A stretch of DNA of 51,413 bases, taken from positions 1 through 51,413 of IMG/VR virus record IMGVR_UViG_3300012096_000002. One strand, 5' to 3'. Shown piece after piece: positions 37,934 to 46,742 of the stretch. Both the position numbers and the translations under genes were made by a program. A model generated the notes under the pieces. The model was not told where the DNA came from and ran no database searches. It worked only from the letters and a program-made list of their open reading frames with translations. Position 1 is the stretch's first letter, and every line of letters starts with the position of its first letter. The stretch is from a virus. Lineage: Duplodnaviria > Caudoviricetes.

Positions 37934-39270
37934 CACTTTTTAGACCACCTAGCTGTGGCTCCTTTAAAAGCTATATTTGAACGTTGTTTAGCAGTTAAAG
38001 CTGCCGCTCTAGCATGTCCACCATCCGCATGGATCTTATGACCTTCTTGCATCTCTCGGATGCCTTCAAGCCATCTCCATTCTTTACCACCACCTTGAGT
38101 AACTATTACAATAGGAGCTGGTGGAGTTAATACCAACGCTAGATTAGGCGTAATAAAGTCAGTAGCTCTTATCTTATCTAGATATACTTGCCAATCATAA
38201 GTATTGAATGGTAATGCACCTGGACCAGGATTATATGGTGAAACATATACCCATGTACCATCTGGTGTTTGATATCGACCTGGAAGAGGCCAATCATAGA
38301 TGTTAAATGGAATTTGCGCCGGAGGAGCTGTTATTCCGGGATTAAACCATGTTTGATTGATTGGAACTGGAGTTCTAGGATTAGGCCAATCATATTGGTT
38401 AAATCCTTGAACTGGAGTAATTGTTATACCTGGTACAATCCAAACTTGACCTGTACTAGGTATTAGAATAGCCAAAGGCCAATTATATTGATTGAACGGT
38501 ATAGTATTAGGTATTTGACCTAATGTATAGGTAAAATCAGGACGATAAGGCTGTATTGGGAGAGGCCAACTATACTGGTTAAAACCTTGTACAGGAGGTG
38601 GAATTACTATTGGAGTAGCAACCCAAGTCTCATCTAAACGATAAAATGCTCTAGGATTGGGCCAATCGTAAGTATTGAACGGGAAAGAAGGTGGAGGACC
38701 TTGAGTCTGTCCTTGATTTACCCATGTACTATCAGGACGATAGTAACCTTTAGGAACTGGCCAGTCTAATTGATTAAATGGCTGATTTGGTGGGGGGATA
38801 AGACCAGGATATTCAGACCATATCCAACTTCTGAAATCTCTACCATCCTTCGGATTAGGCCAATCATATTGATTGAAAGGAGATTGAATAGCTGTCTGTG
38901 GAGCTAATTGGTTAATCCAAGTCTCATCAAGACGTGAATATCCCTTAGGCGTAGGCCAATCTATTTGATTAAACGGTTGATTAGGAGGCGGTATAACTAC
39001 CGGAGTTCTAATCCAAGTCTGTTCAATGCGTATCGGTGGAGTAGGAATAGGCCAATCATATTGATTTTTAGGTCTAGCAGACTTATTTAAGACAAGCCAA
39101 CTATTTATAGTTGTCTGTTCAATACGGTATGGCTGAGTAGGATTAGGAAAGTCTGTTTGATTAAACGGCTTATTAGGTGGAGGAACAATAGCCGGAATTT
39201 CACTGAATGTATATCCAGTGATAGGTTTTATCGGATCCAGTCTAGTATATAACGGTGCTCTTACCGTCAT
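37933..39270 (-). CDS. Proline/Trp-rich tandem-repeat protein with basic C-terminal tail
   Basis: 11 copies of ~PFNQYDWPxP; C-terminus GGHARAAALTAKQRSNIAFKGATARW. Confidence 0.85.
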   Translation of the reverse strand: MTVRAPLYTRLDPIKPITGYTFSEIPAIVPPPNKPFNQTDFPNPTQPYRIEQTTINSWLVLNKSARPKNQYDWPIPTPPIRIEQTWIRTPVVIPPPNQPFNQIDWPTPKGYSRLDETWINQLAPQTAIQSPFNQYDWPNPKDGRDFRSWIWSEYPGLIPPPNQPFNQLDWPVPKGYYRPDSTWVNQGQTQGPPPSFPFNTYDWPNPRAFYRLDETWVATPIVIPPPVQGFNQYSWPLPIQPYRPDFTYTLGQIPNTIPFNQYNWPLAILIPSTGQVWIVPGITITPVQGFNQYDWPNPRTPVPINQTWFNPGITAPPAQIPFNIYDWPLPGRYQTPDGTWVYVSPYNPGPGALPFNTYDWQVYLDKIRATDFITPNLALVLTPPAPIVIVTQGGGKEWRWLEGIREMQEGHKIHADGGHARAAALTAKQRSNIAFKGATARWSKK

Positions 39271-39935
39271 AACATTATCTGAGCTTGAAGAACATCGATC
39301 ACGGCCTGATTGATGGCTAGTGCAACGCCTGTATCAGGAGCACTAGTCTGGGTCATGGACATGACAGTGGTAGCGCCAGCCGCGATAGCGAAATTACCTA
39401 TGTGGAAATCAATGCTAGCTGTAGTCACGGCTGCGGAAGTCCACGCAGTTTGATTGACGGTCGGTGTGCCATCGTTGCCGCTGAACATGCCAACGACCCC
39501 ATCACCAGACACGGTGGTGACAGTCTTCGTATTGGTAGTTTCCGTAGCAGTACTGCTGATGGCATTCTTAAAGGTGGTAGTGCCGCCAGTTTGATCAGCT
39601 CCCGTGAACGAGATGTACGCGACGATCACATCAGCGGCGGTACCTAGCGAAGCCACATTCAAGGTCTTGGCACCGGAGGTCGGAGCGACCAGGCAGAATA
39701 ACCAGGTTTTGGTCGATGTCGATCTGGCTATCGACGCAATAGCCGTCATCGACTGGTTGGTGCCGGCACTGTCCCAATTACAAGTAGGCGCTGTCGGAAG
39801 TGTAGCTTCAGCAGACAGCGCTACAATTAGTGCTCGATTAGAACCAGAACCTACTGTATGTCTAGTATCCGTGAAACTAGTGACACTGTTATGCGAAATT
39901 CCATAATCAGTTAAAGCATCGAATACAACAGCCAC
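39267..39935 (-). CDS. Putative virion beta-sandwich protein
   Basis: T/S/A-rich; more GC-rich than neighbours. Confidence 0.7.
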   Translation of the reverse strand: MAVVFDALTDYGISHNSVTSFTDTRHTVGSGSNRALIVALSAEATLPTAPTCNWDSAGTNQSMTAIASIARSTSTKTWLFCLVAPTSGAKTLNVASLGTAADVIVAYISFTGADQTGGTTTFKNAISSTATETTNTKTVTTVSGDGVVGMFSGNDGTPTVNQTAWTSAAVTTASIDFHIGNFAIAAGATTVMSMTQTSAPDTGVALAINQAVIDVLQAQIML

Positions 39936-39958
39936 AAGTTATCCTAGATATTTATAAC

Positions 39959-40483
39959 TCAATAAGGCTCGTAAATGATGTGGGCATTAGCTGAACCTGT
40001 TACACCGCCACCTGTACTTGAATTATACAGACACCAGGCACCGAGATTAACTGCGTTACCAATCATTTGGATTTGCTGGGTAGGAGCAGCATTCCATCGG
40101 AAGATACCTCCGAACATATTAATGGTTACATTAAGACGTGGAACAGTACTTGAGGATGATGGAGTAGCACCGGTAGTTGCTGACTGAGTATAGGTCGAGA
40201 CCACACTAGCTAGAGCAGTAGCATTGACGACCATAGGACCGTCAGTTGCTGTTGCAGCTAATGAGAAAGCACCTGTACCTAAGGTTGACACTGGTACGAA
40301 TTGGAATGCTCCAATGGTCGAAGCCGAAGCTAGACCTGAGATTGCAACTTCGAGGACATCAACAACTTGAGTGGTAGTAGCACCGGTAATACCCATGATA
40401 TTTGAAGTAGCCGCAGTAACGGCTGAACCTGCGGCAGAGGCCGTGAAGGTTTGATTGTATGAATTGAAGAGTCTTTTAGCCAT
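39959..40483 (-). CDS. Putative virion structural protein
   Basis: T/S/A/G-rich, 174 aa. Confidence 0.7.
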   Translation of the reverse strand: MAKRLFNSYNQTFTASAAGSAVTAATSNIMGITGATTTQVVDVLEVAISGLASASTIGAFQFVPVSTLGTGAFSLAATATDGPMVVNATALASVVSTYTQSATTGATPSSSSTVPRLNVTINMFGGIFRWNAAPTQQIQMIGNAVNLGAWCLYNSSTGGGVTGSANAHIIYEPY

Positions 40484-40769
40484 TGCTAGTGTTTAATCCT
40501 TTATAGATGTTATCTACCTTTTGTTGGTATGATTGATGAATGTAGTCTGGTTGTTTCATTTCTATCGCACAATTATCACAGACGTATTTCATACATCGGT
40601 TACAACTAGGTCTCTCCCTAGTGCGGTTAGGGTTAATAATAACTACTGTCCCGCAATGCGAACAATGCATGGTAGCAGCTTCTAATAGAGTTCCTTCAGG
40701 TACTTGTGCAGTACCTGGAGAAGCTCTGTGGTCAATCATGACGTAGCCTTCATGAAAAGGTTTTGTCAT
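40476..40769 (-). CDS. Zn-finger hypothetical protein
   Basis: CSHC..CNRC..CDNC. Confidence 0.75.
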   Translation of the reverse strand: MTKPFHEGYVMIDHRASPGTAQVPEGTLLEAATMHCSHCGTVVIINPNRTRERPSCNRCMKYVCDNCAIEMKQPDYIHQSYQQKVDNIYKGLNTSNG

Positions 40770-41083
40770 ACGGTGGTTACTACTGCTGCAACTTTGTAAG
40801 ACTGTCCCATTACAGAAGAAATATCAAAATACTCTGTAGCATTAGGTGTCATTCTAATGCCTGTATTGATTACTGCAGTAGGGTTAGTTCCAAATGCAAG
40901 GGAAACTGCACTGGTTGTATCGTTATTTATACGAAGTAGTTTAGTATTGTTCTGAAATGCCGCTGATTGTGCTGAAGAAGCTGAAGTAGTTATAGCTTGG
41001 GCAGCATTGATTGGAATAGGCAATGCATTCGGATAACCTCCTCCTCTAACATCTGCAAATTCAGTTACATATAAAATAGACAT
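40766..41083 (-). CDS. Small beta-rich hypothetical (putative virion) protein
   Basis: LYVTEF...SAAF..NTKLLRI..FGTNPTA..TEYF. Confidence 0.7.
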   Translation of the reverse strand: MSILYVTEFADVRGGGYPNALPIPINAAQAITTSASSAQSAAFQNNTKLLRINNDTTSAVSLAFGTNPTAVINTGIRMTPNATEYFDISSVMGQSYKVAAVVTTV

Positions 41084-41088
41084 TTAAA

Positions 41089-41292
41089 TTACTTCTTTCT
41101 TGCTTGTTTTAGTCCTCTGACGTATCCACCTTTATGGGCTATCTTTATAAGATCTTCAGTTAGACCATTAGTCTGTTTCTTAATTGCATCCGCTATCTTT
41201 TTATTGATGTGGATTTGAATGGTATTATATAATAAGATAACTACAGCTACAGTTGTAGCTATGTCCCCTAAAGTAGGATCAACCATAGTCAT
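41089..41292 (-). CDS. Small membrane protein
   Basis: N-terminal TM, basic tail. Confidence 0.6.
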   Translation of the reverse strand: MTMVDPTLGDIATTVAVVILLYNTIQIHINKKIADAIKKQTNGLTEDLIKIAHKGGYVRGLKQARKK

Positions 41293-41590
41293 GTAGGTTT
41301 ATTATCAAAGACATGAGATAAAGCAGAGAATCCTGAGATCTCTGGCTTCTTTAACTCTATCTTTTTAGGCTTCATATTAGCTTTATCGTCCTTTTGACCT
41401 TTGTTACCTTTACCCATAAATTATCCTTGTGTTGCATTGGGACCAGTATTAGGTCCAATTGCATCCAAGCCTAATTCCTTCTTGGAATGCGGTGGAAAGT
41501 TACGTGCTGGATGACTACTAACGTCCATAGGGGTCGCCATAGTGACGCCATAGTCTACGTTGGGATTGAGATCCAGGTTGACGTGAGCCA

Positions 41591-41818
41591 TTAGGGAGCT
41601 ACTGCAACCGGAGCAGCGGGAGTATTAGCTACTACAGCAGCCTGCATAATTGAAGTATGAGTTTGAATATCAGCCACTACTTTATCCATGGCAGAAGTAT
41701 CTGTGGAAGCTTGGGCAGCTTTAATCTTAGAAACCATACCTTCTAACATGGAAAGTACTGAAGCTTCTACGGTAGCTTCAGCAGCAACTGCATTAGCTAA
41801 ATCTTGCATCGTTGTCAT
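41591..41818 (-). CDS. Ala-rich helical hypothetical protein
   Basis: AAAGGA RBS; AAVVANTP motif. Confidence 0.7.
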   Translation of the reverse strand: MTTMQDLANAVAAEATVEASVLSMLEGMVSKIKAAQASTDTSAMDKVVADIQTHTSIMQAAVVANTPAAPVAVAP

Positions 41819-42126
41819 TAGTCTTTAATTCCTTTTTTCTTATCTTTGAGTTTATCTTTACGAGAACCTTCTTTGATTCCCTTCTTCTTGTCTGACTTAA
41901 AGTCAGCCTTCTGTTTAGTAGACATCACCATTTCATCACCTGTGCATGAATGAGCCTATGAAGTTTAGGACATTAGATCCTACAATCCATCCCATTCCCA
42001 TGAATAGTCCCCATAGGAACCAATCAATAGCTTTATAAAACATTATTTACCCTTTATGAAAGTACATTAGAAGAATAGTAAGACAGACAATAGCAGTACA
42101 AGCTATCCAAGCAATGTTGTAATTAA

Positions 42127-42264
42127 TCATGCTCTTCCTCTACCTACTGCTTGACTACCTTTATGTTTACTATTCCATATCTTAGCAGCCTTAGTCTTAG
42201 CTGCTTTAGTAGACATACCCTTAGCCTTAAAGGCATCTCTTATCTTTTCATAGCCTGCTGGCAT
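42127..42264 (-). CDS. Small basic protein (45 aa, not in track)
   Basis: MPAGYEKIRDAFKAKGMSTKAAKTKAAKIWNSKHKG; TAATG/ATGA coupling. Confidence 0.6.
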   Translation of the reverse strand: MPAGYEKIRDAFKAKGMSTKAAKTKAAKIWNSKHKGSQAVGRGRA

Positions 42265-42431
42265 TAGTCTTAGTCCCTGGGTCTATAATTGTTGATGTCT
42301 TACTATTAGTAATATCCTCGGAGAGTACTTTCATAGCTTGTTGTCCTAATAAGACAAGTAAGACTAGTATACCTCTACTATCTAGATCTTCTATAAGAGA
42401 CTCTAGAGCAATAGGATTAGGTTTATGTCTA

Positions 42432-42740
42432 TTAAGAACCTTGTTGGACATAAACACACATTGGTTGTTGCTGAGAAGTATTGTTTAAGTTATATTCAGT
42501 AATACAGACATGACATTGGTTGTCTTGACTAGGATGTATCATGTCTTTAGTAAACTCTATACCATTCCATACTACACCTTTAGTAGTCTCTAGGATCTCT
42601 GAGCAAGAACTAATTGGATGGCAATGCTGACTACCACAACAATGGAAAGAATACCAATCGTGAGCACTAGCTTGTAGAACTCCGAATAAGACAATAAATA
42701 GGACACATAGTGCCGCCGTTCTGAATAGTTTATTTGACAT
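42432..42740 (-). CDS. Secreted Cys-rich small protein; first gene of late arm
   Basis: Signal peptide ..ASA|HDWY..CC...C..S.D..CHVC...CVY. Confidence 0.75.
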   Translation of the reverse strand: MSNKLFRTAALCVLFIVLFGVLQASAHDWYSFHCCGSQHCHPISSCSEILETTKGVVWNGIEFTKDMIHPSQDNQCHVCITEYNLNNTSQQQPMCVYVQQGS

Positions 42741-42775
42741 TGCATAAGTATATAGATATACTGCAGTGTTGTCAA
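42734..42775. promoter_or_regulatory. Symmetric bidirectional sigma70 promoter
   Basis: + strand TTGACA(42734)-17-TATACT(42757); - strand TTGACA(42775)-17-TATACT(42752). Confidence 0.8.
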
Positions 42776-42791
42776 GAAATAAGGTAATATC

Positions 42792-43247
42792 ATGACCAGA
42801 TGTAAGAACATCTTAAAAATTAGACTAGATCATAAAGCAGATAGAAAATTACTTCTAGAACTTTGTAATCATTTGGAAATTTCTAAAAATAATCTAAAAA
42901 GAGATGGACTTGACTATTGGAATTTATTTGGTAGAAGAGGTAAAATTGACACGGATTCTGTATTTTGGTATCTCAGAGTAAGTTGTAATTCGAAAAGAAC
43001 TTGGAGAAGGGTAAAAGAATCCCTGCCAACTATGGTATTATGGCAGGATGGAGACGATGAAGGAGCCTTAAGGCTACAAAGGTACCCTACTAAAGAAGAA
43101 GCACAAAAAATACGTAATATAGTGGGGTTTAGAAGGACAATTAAATTTACGGAGGAACAGAAGGAAATGCTTAAGAATAGATTGCAAAAGCAATCAAAAA
43201 GGTTTAATACGCATAAAACAGATTGCAAACAATCGAATGAAATATGA
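42792..43247 (+). CDS. Basic hypothetical protein (QDGDDEG motif)
   Basis: AAGG RBS, own promoter, AT-rich, opposite strand to late arm. Confidence 0.75.
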   Translation: MTRCKNILKIRLDHKADRKLLLELCNHLEISKNNLKRDGLDYWNLFGRRGKIDTDSVFWYLRVSCNSKRTWRRVKESLPTMVLWQDGDDEGALRLQRYPTKEEAQKIRNIVGFRRTIKFTEEQKEMLKNRLQKQSKRFNTHKTDCKQSNEI

Positions 43248-43398
43248 ACACGAAGTAGAATTTAGAGGATTTATAGATATGATTGAATTCATCCAGACAC
43301 ATCCAGGTTTTACTATATTTGGTTTATTATCTGGTATTTATGTTTATATGTTAATAGTTGCAGTATTTAAGAAAGATAAAGACACTCCTGAACTCTAA
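43237..43398 (+). CDS. Small single-TM protein (53 aa, not in track)
   Basis: MKYEHEVEF...FTIFGLLSGIYVYMLIVAVFKK. Confidence 0.5.
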   Translation: MKYEHEVEFRGFIDMIEFIQTHPGFTIFGLLSGIYVYMLIVAVFKKDKDTPEL

Positions 43399-43485
43399 TA
43401 AAAACTTGGTGCGATATTTTGAGGGTGTAATTCATCGGCGCGCGATGACCCCCCGACCCCCTTGGGAGGGTTTTGTGCATGGTTT

Positions 43486-43511
43486 GTTCACGGTTCGTTC
43501 GTTGTTTGTCC
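43486..43511. promoter_or_regulatory. Tandem alphaproteobacterial LexA-type boxes
   Basis: GTTC-acggttc-GTTC-gttgttt-GTCC. Confidence 0.5.
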
Positions 43512-43782
43512 GCAACAGAGGTAGCTAAATACCTAAGACTCTGATCTTGCAAATTCCTAAGAGACAAGGTTGAGTATGAATGCTAACGTAATGATTAGAT
43601 AGTGATTTCTAATGAATTATGTTAGTGTACATACGATATTCTTTAGACACTCGTCGTTAGACACAATGAGGACATAGATATGAACCAAGCGCTTTGTTCA
43701 TCATGATGGCATGATTAAAGCATCAATGCCTTGATAAGACCTTGATGTTGGTTCAAATCACGTCTTTGTGATTTGGACTGCC

Positions 43783-43811
43783 TTGACTTAATCACAATCA
43801 ATTGCTAATCT
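43783..43811 (+). promoter_or_regulatory. Early sigma70 promoter P1
   Basis: TTGACT-17-TAATCT; shares TTGACTTAA with P2/P3. Confidence 0.55.
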
Positions 43812-43934
43812 CTCATTGCGTCGTCAAGACGGCCCAAGGCATCGGGTAGCCGAGTCAGCGGACTTCCGTCAAACGTAGTTGCACTCAAGGCGGCAATGGT
43901 GCCAGCCAAGTGCGAAGCATGAGAGAGACAAGCT

Positions 43935-45095
43935 ATGAAAAACGTTCTTAATCCCAAGGCACAGCAGCCAGTCGAAGCACCTCGCGTTGATCCTCACCAA
44001 TACGAGATCGGCGCTGCAATGGAGGCCAATGCCAAGGAAGTGGCTTCTAACTCAGATTGGCTCTCGGCGACCATCAACACCATTGCCAAGGCCAAGCAAG
44101 ACTATGAGGGCGGACCATTTGCCGTCATGTTCAAGGTCATGGAGAAGATGGACGCCGATACTATCAATGCTCTGCCCGATCCGGACAGTGAGACTGGCAA
44201 CAATCCGGGCAAGTACAAAGTCCGGACGGTTGGCGGCAAGGGCAAGCCAGTCGTCAAGGAACGCAAGTATTACCACGTTCTTTCCGACTATCTGCCCGGT
44301 AACATCGTCAAGCAACAGCGTATCGACATGCTGGAATTGAGCATGAAAGACCCTGTTCAATACAACGTGTCATCGGTGTCACAAGACATCAAGGACATGG
44401 ATCGGGATCGGCGAGGCGCTGAGGTATCCAAACTTAGCGGTGAGCTGTCTACCTCAAGGTCGAATGTCCTCGCTGCATTCGAATTGTTGTTCCACATCCG
44501 GGCAGTCAATGCACTGCCGGGTGTCGAGGCCAATGTGATGTACGCATTGGACGACAAGGGACAGGAACTCAACGGCGAGGACGGTCGCGAGTGTGTGGTT
44601 GAGAATACCAAAACACCTATCATAGTCACAACCACAATCGACGGTCGCAAGGGCAAGGATACTACGCAACTCGGTATTACTTCCTTCAAGAAGCTACGCC
44701 CTGCTATCGCAATGGAGAAGGGCGGCACTTACCAAGCTCTGATCGACAGTGCACCGACGATCAAGCGTGGTACCAAAGGCGAGGAGGAACCGGGTGGTAC
44801 CAAGCCCTCGCTTATCAACACCAATGAGACACTGTTCACTCGCATGGTAGACATTCATGACTACCTTGACGTGATCACCAGCGACACCAAACAGACCGCA
44901 TACTCTGCGATCCTTGGTATGCTGAACAAGAAAGAGGGTAGCGAGGACATGCTCGTTACCTTCACCGAAGTCAGGGACTTCCTGAATACCCTGCTCTCTA
45001 AGACCTACAAGGCCGGAGAGAGATATCAGGAACTCACTATCAAGCGTGCTGAGGCTGAAGCTAACAAGGCCGAAGTCAAAAAGACCGGGACCTAA
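43935..45095 (+). CDS. First early protein, function unknown
   Basis: 386 aa, GC-rich host-like codon usage, GAGAGAG RBS. Confidence 0.85.
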   Translation: MKNVLNPKAQQPVEAPRVDPHQYEIGAAMEANAKEVASNSDWLSATINTIAKAKQDYEGGPFAVMFKVMEKMDADTINALPDPDSETGNNPGKYKVRTVGGKGKPVVKERKYYHVLSDYLPGNIVKQQRIDMLELSMKDPVQYNVSSVSQDIKDMDRDRRGAEVSKLSGELSTSRSNVLAAFELLFHIRAVNALPGVEANVMYALDDKGQELNGEDGRECVVENTKTPIIVTTTIDGRKGKDTTQLGITSFKKLRPAIAMEKGGTYQALIDSAPTIKRGTKGEEEPGGTKPSLINTNETLFTRMVDIHDYLDVITSDTKQTAYSAILGMLNKKEGSEDMLVTFTEVRDFLNTLLSKTYKAGERYQELTIKRAEAEANKAEVKKTGT

Positions 45096-45096
45096 G

Positions 45097-45143
45097 ATTG
45101 TAAGCTATTGCCCGTCTAAGACGACGGGCAGTGGCGTGCAATC
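45097..45143 (+). promoter_or_regulatory. Long hairpin, RNase III-site-like
   Basis: gattgtaagctattgcccgtc / gacgggcagtggcgtgcaatc. Confidence 0.55.
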
Positions 45144-45164
45144 AAGCACGATAAGGGAACTAAT

Positions 45165-45377
45165 ATGGCTCATGTAACATACACCTTGCGATATCGTGAT
45201 AATGGCTCGGTTGTCATTGTTAGTTCCGATGGACGTGAGAGTGAGCCGGTTGGCTATCAAGGTATAGCTAAGCTAGATCACAATATCTGTGCTACATCGG
45301 ACTACTATCGCGGCGTGCTACCTGCATTGTTCATAGCCAGCACATTGCAAGAACATCCCGAATATATTCCCGGCTAA
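45165..45377 (+). CDS. Early hypothetical protein
   Basis: AAGGGA RBS. Confidence 0.7.
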   Translation: MAHVTYTLRYRDNGSVVIVSSDGRESEPVGYQGIAKLDHNICATSDYYRGVLPALFIASTLQEHPEYIPG

Positions 45378-45387
45378 TCAATAACTT

Positions 45388-45424
45388 AACCCGTGTGTCT
45401 TAATTGGCACACGGGTTTTTCTTT
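45388..45424 (+). terminator. Intrinsic terminator
   Basis: aacccgtgtg...cacacgggtt followed by tttcttt. Confidence 0.85.
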
Positions 45425-45587
45425 ACCTTAATCTGTTCTATGTTTGTCCCATCCGGTGTGGCATTAATGTCACACACGCAAAGCGTGATAGGTTTTAATA
45501 CTTGCGCGCGTGTGTATATGATTGTTCATATACATGAACAAAGCAGTCCATTCATGTATATTAACAAGGATGGTTGAATTAGCTAGT

Positions 45588-45616
45588 TTGACTTAACTTG
45601 TTGGGCATGGGATAAT
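45588..45616 (+). promoter_or_regulatory. Early sigma70 promoter P2
   Basis: TTGACT-17-GATAAT with TG extension. Confidence 0.75.
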
Positions 45617-45653
45617 ACATAATTCCAGAAGCGCAGACGAAAGGGGAAATACC

Positions 45654-45911
45654 ATGTCTAAGTATTCGTTAATACTCACCATGCAACAACGTTACAACAG
45701 CCATGTCATCACCCGACAGACTGGATTCATTCCCAACTGTATGCCAGTAGTGGATACATTCATCGATCGGTCACCGGAAGAAGTCCGTGCAATGCTGACT
45801 CAAGATCCATACCATCAAGTATGGGATGACTACCGCAATGGTGTATTGGGCTGGAATGAATGGCTCAACCATCCCATCCACAAGCGGAAACCATATTCTC
45901 CAATACGTTGA
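45654..45911 (+). CDS. Early hypothetical protein
   Basis: AAGGGG RBS downstream of P2. Confidence 0.75.
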   Translation: MSKYSLILTMQQRYNSHVITRQTGFIPNCMPVVDTFIDRSPEEVRAMLTQDPYHQVWDDYRNGVLGWNEWLNHPIHKRKPYSPIR

Positions 45912-46022
45912 TTGTTCTTACAATCTGTTAGCGCCCACGCGCATAGAGGCTACGTTGGCCTAAACAACGTCACAGCTAGGCATCTGTATAAACTGCCGCA
46001 TCTTTCACAAGGGAGAAGCAAC

Positions 46023-46274
46023 ATGTTAGTATTGAGCATCCTCTACATACTCACGCAATATGACGGACCTCCGATGTGGGATCGAGGCGAACCATATTGG
46101 GATCAAAGACGATGGGAGAATAGACAGCCTCCTCCACGTCGTTGGGGACCACAGAAAGACCCATGCATCTATTTCGGAGATTGTCGTGGCCCACGTGACC
46201 GGGACTTAAATGATCCCCGTCCATATCCTATGCCACCAGATCCATTCCCGCCTCCACGTTATGATGACTATTAA
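46023..46274 (+). CDS. Pro/Arg/Asp-rich small protein with hydrophobic N-terminus
   Basis: AAGGGAG RBS before MLVLSILYIL inside track ORF 45912..46274. Confidence 0.6.
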   Translation: MLVLSILYILTQYDGPPMWDRGEPYWDQRRWENRQPPPRRWGPQKDPCIYFGDCRGPRDRDLNDPRPYPMPPDPFPPPRYDDY

Positions 46275-46297
46275 TCTTCCACAATAGGGGTAATACC

Positions 46298-46489
46298 ATG
46301 ACTGCACACACACAAAATCTAACACCAGTGCATATCCTGATCTCCAGAAACAAGGAGATGTGGTGGACCTATACCTTGGTCATCTGGAGAGATACCGAAA
46401 GAACATCTACTGAGATGTATTCCACGCCTACCGCAGCATTCAATGCTGCATTATTTGAGCTCAATAGGAGGGGATACTATGAGCCATGA
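46298..46489 (+). CDS. Early hypothetical protein
   Basis: AGGGG RBS. Confidence 0.65.
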   Translation: MTAHTQNLTPVHILISRNKEMWWTYTLVIWRDTERTSTEMYSTPTAAFNAALFELNRRGYYEP

Positions 46490-46742
46490 TAATTACTTGG
46501 AGACACTGAGTCGTATCAGGTGCGTACTTGAGCCTAAGGGTGTGTTCCTTAGCCTTCCTCATTTAAAGAAGTACGTGGAAGAGTATACTAGCGGCAGAAT
46601 GCGTCCACATTTTCCTATGCCTGCAATACGACTTTACGTTCAAATATATGATTTGTGTGTAGATATATTTGACGATAGTAACAATGGAATGACTTTCTAC
46701 AAAGGAGAGGGACCAGATGAAACGAATTGGAATATTTATTGA
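46479..46742 (+). CDS. Early hypothetical protein
   Basis: AGGAGG RBS before MSHDNYL. Confidence 0.65.
   Translation: MSHDNYLETLSRIRCVLEPKGVFLSLPHLKKYVEEYTSGRMRPHFPMPAIRLYVQIYDLCVDIFDDSNNGMTFYKGEGPDETNWNIY

Noticed and set aside
45580-45600. CtrA boxes at TTAAC in early promoters
   Set aside because: Only half-sites; TTAA-N7-TTAA spacing not met at P2 or P3
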